64,000 nt of DNA from the NCBI GenBank assembly GCA_042408215.1, contig JAYFMW010000006.1:32001-96000 (forward strand). Direction: 5' to 3'. Source of the DNA: Microcoleus sp. (lineage in GTDB: Bacteria > Cyanobacteriota > Cyanobacteriia > Cyanobacteriales > Microcoleaceae). The position numbers and the translations under genes were made by a program. The notes under the pieces were generated by a model that had not been told where the DNA came from, did not search any database, and saw nothing but the letters and a program-made list of their open reading frames with translations. The stretch's first letter is position 1. Each line of letters starts with the position of its first letter. Of this stretch, positions 57,641-64,000 are shown one piece after another.

Positions 57641-59567
57641 AATGCTTAACCAAAACGAAAATGTAATTTTAATTGTTGACGATAGCCCAAATAACCTAAA
57701 ACTTTTGTTCGATTTTTTGAGGAATTCAGGCTTCAAGGTTTTAGTGGCTAAGGATGGGGAAAGTGCGATTGAGAAGCTACAAGAAGTTTCGCCAAATATC
57801 ATATTGTTAGATGTGATGATGCCAGGGATAGATGGGTTTGAAACCTGCTCCCGCTTAAAAGCATCGGTAGCAACGAAAGATATCCCGATAATTTTTATGA
57901 CAGCTCTTACCGATCGCGTAGATAAGGTTAAAGGTCTGTCAATGGGGGCAGTAGATTATATTACTAAACCCTTTCAGCAAGAAGAAGTCCTAGCCCGCGT
58001 GCAACTACACCTGGGAATGCGAAATTTGACCAAGACTTTGGAAGAACAAAATAGGCTTTTTAAACAGGAAATTGAAGCCCGAAAAGAGGCGGAATCTGCC
58101 CTAAAGAAACTTACTTTTGAGTTAGAAGAACGGGTGGCTGCTCAAACGAATGAACTTCAACAAACCGTTAACCAGCTTCAACAGGCTCAAGTTGGGTTGT
58201 TGCAAAGGGAAGAAAAATTAGGACATGATGCTTTTCACGACTCACTAACGGATTTGCCTAACCGCGCTTGGTTTATGAATCGGCTGCAACAGGTGATCGA
58301 CTTGTCGCACAGACGTGAAGATTATCTATATGCGGTGTTATTTATTGATCTAGATCGCTTTAAAGTAGTCAATGATAGCCTCGGACATTTGGTTGGGGAT
58401 GAATTACTAAAAAGCGTTGCTCGTCAACTGCAAGTTTGTTTACGCCACACAGATTCAGTTGCGCGGTTTGGAGGAGATGAATTTGTGATCTTGCTGGAAG
58501 ATATTCAAGATATTGATGAACCAAATAGGGTGGCTGAACGCATCCAAAATCAATTAAGGCAGCCGTTTAATTTGAATGATTATGAAGTATTTACCGAGAT
58601 CAGCATTGGAATTATCCTTAGCACAATGGGTTACGATCGCCCAGAAGACGTTCTCAGAGATGCGGATATTGCAATGTATTATGCTAAAGCTCAAGGTAGA
58701 GGGCGTTACGAAATTTTCGATCCCGCGATGCAAACTGTGGCGATGTCGCGCTTGCAGTTGGAGAACGACTTGAGAAGGGCGATCGCACAACAAGAATTTT
58801 GCGTTCACTACCAGCCCATTGTCTCCCTTTCTACAGGCCAAGTGAGTGGCTTTGAAGCTTTGGTGCGCTGGCATCACCCATCTGGCATTACCTACCCGCC
58901 TACCGAGTTTATCCCCGTGGCTGAAGAAACGGGTTTAATCAATGAACTGGGGTTGTGGGTTTTGCGCGAAGCTTGTCACCAGATCAGTATTTGGCAGCAA
59001 CAGTTTCCCCAAACACCTCCCTTGGCAATTAGTGTCAATCTTTCCGCCGTGCAGCTTAAGCAAGTAAACCTACTCAATCGAATTGAGGAGATTTTGCAGC
59101 AGACTGGCTTTCCCAACTACTGTCTAAAACTAGAGATTACTGAAAGTTGCATTTTAGAAACCGTATCCAGGGAAGAAAAGATGTTAAAGCAGCTAAAAGC
59201 TCTAGGTATCCAGTTGTGTATCGACGATTTTGGCACGGGCTACTCTTCTTTAAGCCGCTTACACGAGTTTCCCATTGATACCTTAAAGATTGACCGCTCT
59301 TTTGTCAGCCGCATTGGGGCAGACAACAGTGGCGTAGAAATTATCCAGACGATCATAACACTGGCTCGCAGCCGAGGTATGGATATCGTAGCAGAAGGCA
59401 TAGAAACGCGAATACAGCTAAAGAAACTACGAGAGTTGGGGTGTGAGTTTGGACAGGGATATTTATTTTCTAAGGCTGTAGACAGCAAAAAGGCAACCGA
59501 ACTATTAGGGCTAAAAGTAGGGGTAGTAAGCTGGTCTCCCATCTATAGCAACCGCCAAGGCTGTTAA
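57633..59567 (+). CDS. Response regulator with GGDEF and EAL domains
   Basis: LLDVMMP, RFGGDEF, FEALVRW, DDFGTGYSS. Confidence 0.94.
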   Translation: MNKMLNQNENVILIVDDSPNNLKLLFDFLRNSGFKVLVAKDGESAIEKLQEVSPNIILLDVMMPGIDGFETCSRLKASVATKDIPIIFMTALTDRVDKVKGLSMGAVDYITKPFQQEEVLARVQLHLGMRNLTKTLEEQNRLFKQEIEARKEAESALKKLTFELEERVAAQTNELQQTVNQLQQAQVGLLQREEKLGHDAFHDSLTDLPNRAWFMNRLQQVIDLSHRREDYLYAVLFIDLDRFKVVNDSLGHLVGDELLKSVARQLQVCLRHTDSVARFGGDEFVILLEDIQDIDEPNRVAERIQNQLRQPFNLNDYEVFTEISIGIILSTMGYDRPEDVLRDADIAMYYAKAQGRGRYEIFDPAMQTVAMSRLQLENDLRRAIAQQEFCVHYQPIVSLSTGQVSGFEALVRWHHPSGITYPPTEFIPVAEETGLINELGLWVLREACHQISIWQQQFPQTPPLAISVNLSAVQLKQVNLLNRIEEILQQTGFPNYCLKLEITESCILETVSREEKMLKQLKALGIQLCIDDFGTGYSSLSRLHEFPIDTLKIDRSFVSRIGADNSGVEIIQTIITLARSRGMDIVAEGIETRIQLKKLRELGCEFGQGYLFSKAVDSKKATELLGLKVGVVSWSPIYSNRQGC

Positions 59568-59588
59568 GGCGCTTTGGCGGTTGCTATA
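59544..59588. mobile_element. 45-bp TIR-only palindrome (TATAGC family)
   Basis: TATAGCAACCGCCAA-N15-TTGGCGGTTGCTATA. Confidence 0.7.
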
Positions 59589-59979
59589 CTACAAAGTCTG
59601 GACACAGAGGAACGAAGCCTTTGAGCTGTTTTGGTGTCAAGGCCTCCCAGCGTTCTCGACTCACCCAGGAAGCATTTGGAAAAAGGATTGCACCGTTAGG
59701 AAGGATGAATCCTCCCGAAAAGTCAAAGCCTTCTCCTAAATCTTCGGGTGTTTCGCACCAGTTGCCGAGTTTCCCGCTGATACTGAGGTTGCGGCTACTG
59801 GATTCTCTTCCTGTGGGTGGATTTAGTATTAATTCTCCTTGTGTGGTTCTCTCTAATCTCAAGTCTGGATTTGCCAATGCTAGGGTCTCGAATTGCTCGC
59901 AACTGACAAGCAGCCCGATCGAATTTGGCAATTCTATAGATATGGTGTCTGGTTGAGTAAATGTTTTTACCATCTTCAA
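59584..59979 (-). pseudogene. Uma2-family endonuclease, C-terminally truncated
   Basis: LRLERT..GELI, GFILPNGA, stops at PLCPDFVV just before the expected catalytic residues. Confidence 0.78.
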
Positions 59980-60076
59980 TTCCAGTTTTTTTTAGATTGA
60001 ACTCGGCCACAAAAAAAGTTAAAGTTTAATGGTTCTTACATATTGTACCAATACCGATCGAGGACTCTCGCACGGG

Positions 60077-60320
60077 GTGGGGCGGGTTTACGAGATTATC
60101 GGTTTTAGGCAATTCTTGTTGGTGAAACCCACCCCTACAAATTTTTGACAATGGTGCAATATATCAGTGGGGGCGGGTTTACGAGATTATCGGTTTTAGG
60201 CAATTCTTGTTGGTGAAACCCGCCCCTACAAATTTTTGACAATGGTGCAATATATCAGTGGGGGCGGGTTTACGAGATTATCGGTTTTAGGCAATTCTTG
60301 TTGGTGAAACCCGCCCCTAC
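60077..60320. repeat. About 2.7 tandem copies of a 91-bp REP-pair unit
   Basis: GGGCGGGTTTACGAG...GAAACCCGCCCCTAC repeated at 91-bp period; inverted relative near 17360-17436. Confidence 0.88.
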
Positions 60321-60323
60321 TTT

Positions 60324-61772
60324 TTACAATTGTCCGAAACCTTTTTTTGGCTTATCTTTTTTCTTTTTCTTCTTCTGTTGGGCTCCCATATAGCCGCGGG
60401 CACCGGGCTGCATTCCGGGGCCGCCCATTCCTGGCATTCCGGGCATTCCGGGCATTCCTCCCATACCGGCGAAGTTGCCTTGACTCATTTGCTGCATCAT
60501 GGTACGCATTTTCTGGAAGTCGCTCACCAGCTTTGTTACGTCGTTTTCTGCGTAGCCTGCGCCTTTGCCGATGCGACGGCGGCGGGATGGAGAACTTGCT
60601 AAAAGTTCGGGATTGCGACGTTCTTCAACTGTCATGGAATTAATCATGGCTTCGGTGCGTTTTAACTGCACTTCTCCTTGCCGCATTTGTTCGTCTGACA
60701 GTTTGTTCATCCCCGGTATCATTTTCATGATGCCGCCGAGGGAACCCATGTTTTTTAGCAGTCTGGTTTGTTTGAGAAAGTCGGTAAAGTCAAACTTTGC
60801 CGTGAGCATTTTCTCTTGCATTTTTTCGGCGTCGGCGATGTCGAATTCTTCTTGCGCTTTTTCTACTAGCGTTAAGACATCGCCCATGCCGAGTATTCTC
60901 GATGCCATGCGATCGGGATAAAATGGTTGCAAGGCTTCGACTTTTTCGCCGATTCCGACAAATTTAATCGGGGCACCGGATATTTGCCGCACGGATAAGG
61001 CTGCACCGCCGCGACTGTCGCCATCTAATTTGGTTAAGATTGCGCCGGTAATGCCGATTTGTTCGTGAAATGTGCGGGTTAAATTTGCTGCTTCTTGGCC
61101 GGTCATGGCATCAACAACTAACAGTGTTTCGTGGGGTTGTACTGTTTGTTTGATGCGGGCCAATTCTGCCATCATGTCTTGGTCGATTTGCAGTCGGCCT
61201 GCTGTATCGACGATGATGGTATCGACGCCTAGTTGTTTGCCGTATTCGATGCCTTGGCGGGCTATTTCTACGGGGTCAATGTCTTTGCCTAATTCAAATA
61301 CTGGTACGTCGATTTGTTTGCCGAGGGTGAGCAATTGGTCGATCGCCGCTGGTCGATAAATGTCGGTTGCGACTAGCAGTGCGGTACGATTTTGTTTGCG
61401 GAGGTGGAGTGCTAGTTTGGCGGTAGCTGTGGTTTTCCCGGTTCCTTGCAAACCGGCCATCAGGATGACTGTGGGCCCGGATTCGGCGGTGGCGAGGGGT
61501 ACGTTGGTTTCCCCCATGACACGCACGAGTTCGTCGTGGACGATTTTGATGAATTGTTGGTCGGGACGGACGCCTGAAACGACTTCTGCGCCTTGTGCTT
61601 TTGCCGCTACCTCTGAGATGAAGTTTTTGACGACTTGGAGGTTGACATCGGCTTCCAGGAGGGCGCGGCGGACTTCTTTGAGCGCGTCTTGGATGTTGGA
61701 CTCGGAGATTTTATTTTGTCCGCGCAGTTTTTTCCAGGTGGATTCGAGTCGATCGGCAAGGGCTTCAAACAT
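60324..61772 (-). CDS. ffh: Signal recognition particle protein
   Basis: ALLEADV, GLQGTGKTT, DTAGR, TKLDG, Met-rich M domain. Confidence 0.97.
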   Translation of the reverse strand: MFEALADRLESTWKKLRGQNKISESNIQDALKEVRRALLEADVNLQVVKNFISEVAAKAQGAEVVSGVRPDQQFIKIVHDELVRVMGETNVPLATAESGPTVILMAGLQGTGKTTATAKLALHLRKQNRTALLVATDIYRPAAIDQLLTLGKQIDVPVFELGKDIDPVEIARQGIEYGKQLGVDTIIVDTAGRLQIDQDMMAELARIKQTVQPHETLLVVDAMTGQEAANLTRTFHEQIGITGAILTKLDGDSRGGAALSVRQISGAPIKFVGIGEKVEALQPFYPDRMASRILGMGDVLTLVEKAQEEFDIADAEKMQEKMLTAKFDFTDFLKQTRLLKNMGSLGGIMKMIPGMNKLSDEQMRQGEVQLKRTEAMINSMTVEERRNPELLASSPSRRRRIGKGAGYAENDVTKLVSDFQKMRTMMQQMSQGNFAGMGGMPGMPGMPGMGGPGMQPGARGYMGAQQKKKKKKDKPKKGFGQL

Positions 61773-62019
61773 AGGGCTTTGTTGGCTAGTCAGTCTTTTT
61801 AATTTTAAGGCTAAATGCGGGAGTTTGGATTAATGTTTTGCTAAAAGTTGGATTTTTTTATTTTTTAACCGCTGATGAACGCGGATTGACGCTGATGGAT
61901 TTGGATGTTTTGAAGTTATAGCCGAATTGTCAATCAAGGATTTTCTCTTAGGGTGGGGGCGGGTTTATTTAACTTGTCTGCAATTAGTTTGATTTATTGG
62001 TGAACCCGCCCCTACAGGT

Positions 62020-63506
62020 TTATTGACATTGGTGCAAGGTATGATTTTTTATGTATTCTGCGATGGCTGGTTGGACTGTGAAGAGGGTTCGATCGCCTTT
62101 TTGGACTTTTTCGATCAATAACCTCCGTCTCAAGGATTCGACGGCTTTGAGGAAGTCTGAAGGGGATAATTCGAGAAGGGCTGGCTTTTTGGAGATTTCG
62201 ACTGCTTTGATTTGATTGGCAAACCAGGACATGACTTGTTTTTCGGAGTCTGACAAGCGCTGAAAATGTTGGTGCAATAAATATTCTAAGTCTCCTAAAA
62301 CTAAGCTATCATAGGATAAAAATTCCGAAATATTGCCGCTAAACAAGTCTTGAATCGCAGCGGCTACGGTATTTAACCACAAGGGATTTCCTCGGTAAAT
62401 GTCTATCAATTTTGACCAGTTTTCCGATTCAATTAAACCTTTTTCTGTGAATATTTCTCGCGCGGATTCGCCTAAACCATTGAGTTGCAATGTTTGACAA
62501 TTTTTCGGGTGGCTTTCTAATGCTGCAATTTCTCTGGGTTTTTCCCAACTAATCAAAATTAAGCAACTGTTGTGACATGATTCTGCTATTTGTTTGAAGA
62601 AAGTGCCATAATTTTCATAGCCTGGTTTGTAGTTTCCTGCTAGTTGTTTGCTGCTGAAAATTGTTTGTACGTCATCGAGTACGATCAGACAGCGATGCGA
62701 TCGTAAATGGTGGATTACCCCCCCCAGCCCCCCCTTGCTAAGGGGGGGAGAAAGACGAAAGCAGGTTGAATCTCTTCGCCACGCCTGGGAGAAGCAGGCT
62801 GAATCTCTTCGCCCCCCCTTGATAAGGGGGGGTTGGGGGGGTTAGTTTCTTGCTGCTGTGATAGGAATTTAATTATGTCGGTTTGGAGTGTTTGAAGAGG
62901 TGGCGCGTTGTGGAGGCTTCGCCAGATGATGCAGTCGAATTCGTGTTGAATTTGTGGGATTAGTTGGAGTGTCAGGGCGGTTTTGCCAATACCGGATAAG
63001 CCGAGGATGGTGATGAGGCGGGTGCGGCTTGAAATCCAGTTTTTGAGGGTGGAAAGTTCGGATGTGCGATCGCAAAATGTGGAGATTTCTGGTGCGTCGC
63101 CTAAGTCGATGCGGGGCTGTTTTGCTGTTGGTTCGGGGTTTTTGGGTGTTTTGGGCGATCGCACTTTTTCAGGACAAATATTAAGGTTATTATTAACTGT
63201 TATATTCTCGCCTGTTATATTTTCAACAATTGCTGATTGATAATTATAAACTATACCCTTTTCTAATACAGCCCTAAAATTGTTTTTAGTAATATTTTTT
63301 TTCAATGCCTTAGAAAGTGTTTTCCAAAGGTCCGATCCGACATTTCTGACATGACTTGGACTTGAGTAAACTTCTTGAGCAATTTGCGTGTAAGTTGCGT
63401 CTTCTAATGTTCCCCGCAGAATAGCATCTTGCACATAATCTAAATGCTTTCCCGTCTTAGCAAAAATTAGCTCATCTGCCAGTGTCAAAACTTCTGCAAT
63501 ATCCAT
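62020..63506 (-). pseudogene. NB-ARC/STAND ATPase with N-terminal HTH-like domain; frame broken in a G8 run at the edge of a palindromic insertion
   Basis: GLSGIGKT in 62715-63506; RCLIVLDD, GNPLWL continue in another frame. Confidence 0.8.
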
Positions 63507-63660
63507 AGATTCGGGAAAAGCTGGAGTTTACGCTATTCATTATACCTGACATTTCGTACAATTGTGACATTTTTGATTTTGTCATCTGTCCAAAGTCAGG
63601 ACTTTTCCTACACAGCTCATCCTTTATATTAGTTCATTAAGGTGTTGAGAGGATATTTTT

Positions 63661-63992
63661 ATGAAGCGAGTGCGGTGGCTCAGCGGTTTGTTCCTCGCTG
63701 GGATGTTATGTGTGATGTTGGGGACGGTTGGCGCACAAGTGGCACAGGCCCAGCGGCCAATCCATATACTAGACCTGCAATGTCTTGTTACACGGGGTAC
63801 GCTCGCACTGGTGGCCCAACATGGGTTAGCTTATGTACAGGGCCTACAGACATTTCCATAGGCAGACAACTATATACCAGTATTATGACAGTACGCGATG
63901 CCGGTTGGACTTGTAAACTTCCAGGCGGTCGTGCTTCTCTCCGAATAGAGTATGGAGTTGCGATCGAGATGAGATTTCACCCCCCAAAATAG
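63661..63992 (+). other. Possible frameshifted gene for a secreted protein
   Basis: Signal peptide ending AQA in 63661-63861; overlapping ORF continues to 63992. Confidence 0.4.
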
Positions 63993-64000
63993 AGGCTTAT

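Noticed and set aside
60077..60320. CRISPR array
   Set aside because: Inter-palindrome sequences are identical; REP tandem
60330..61833. Multiple plus-strand ORFs opposite ffh (and similar shadows over other genes)
   Set aside because: Antisense shadows of well-supported genes, without motifs

Overview
64 kb of chromosome from a filamentous cyanobacterium (Microcoleus/Oscillatoriales-like; inferred from abundant HIP1 GCGATCGC, heptamer tandem repeats, hli, Tic22 and labA-type genes). The left third (about 3.9-19.2 kb) is a zinc-starvation island with five Zur/Fur-type boxes: a znuA/znuCB-type ABC transporter, Zn-independent hemB2, a frameshifted FAD oxidoreductase, hisI, folE, a His-rich COG0523 GTPase, and an uncharacterised operon of a degenerate COG0523-like protein plus two metallophosphoesterase-fold proteins with Cys-substituted or lost metal ligands. 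A DUF262+HEPN candidate defence pair and a stand-alone DXCF cyanobacteriochrome follow. The rest is housekeeping and signalling (uvrA, queE, hemB, tsaC, prmC, tRNA-Pro, hrcA, metG, lptC, hybrid kinase, RR-GGDEF-EAL, ffh). The window is dense with tnpA-less IS200/IS605/IS607 tnpB elements (three intact ORFs, several relics, three short ends-plus-RNA mini-elements), MITEs, REP-like palindromes and pseudogenes. No CRISPR array, rRNA or prophage is seen. Product calls come from motif recognition by eye, not database searches.
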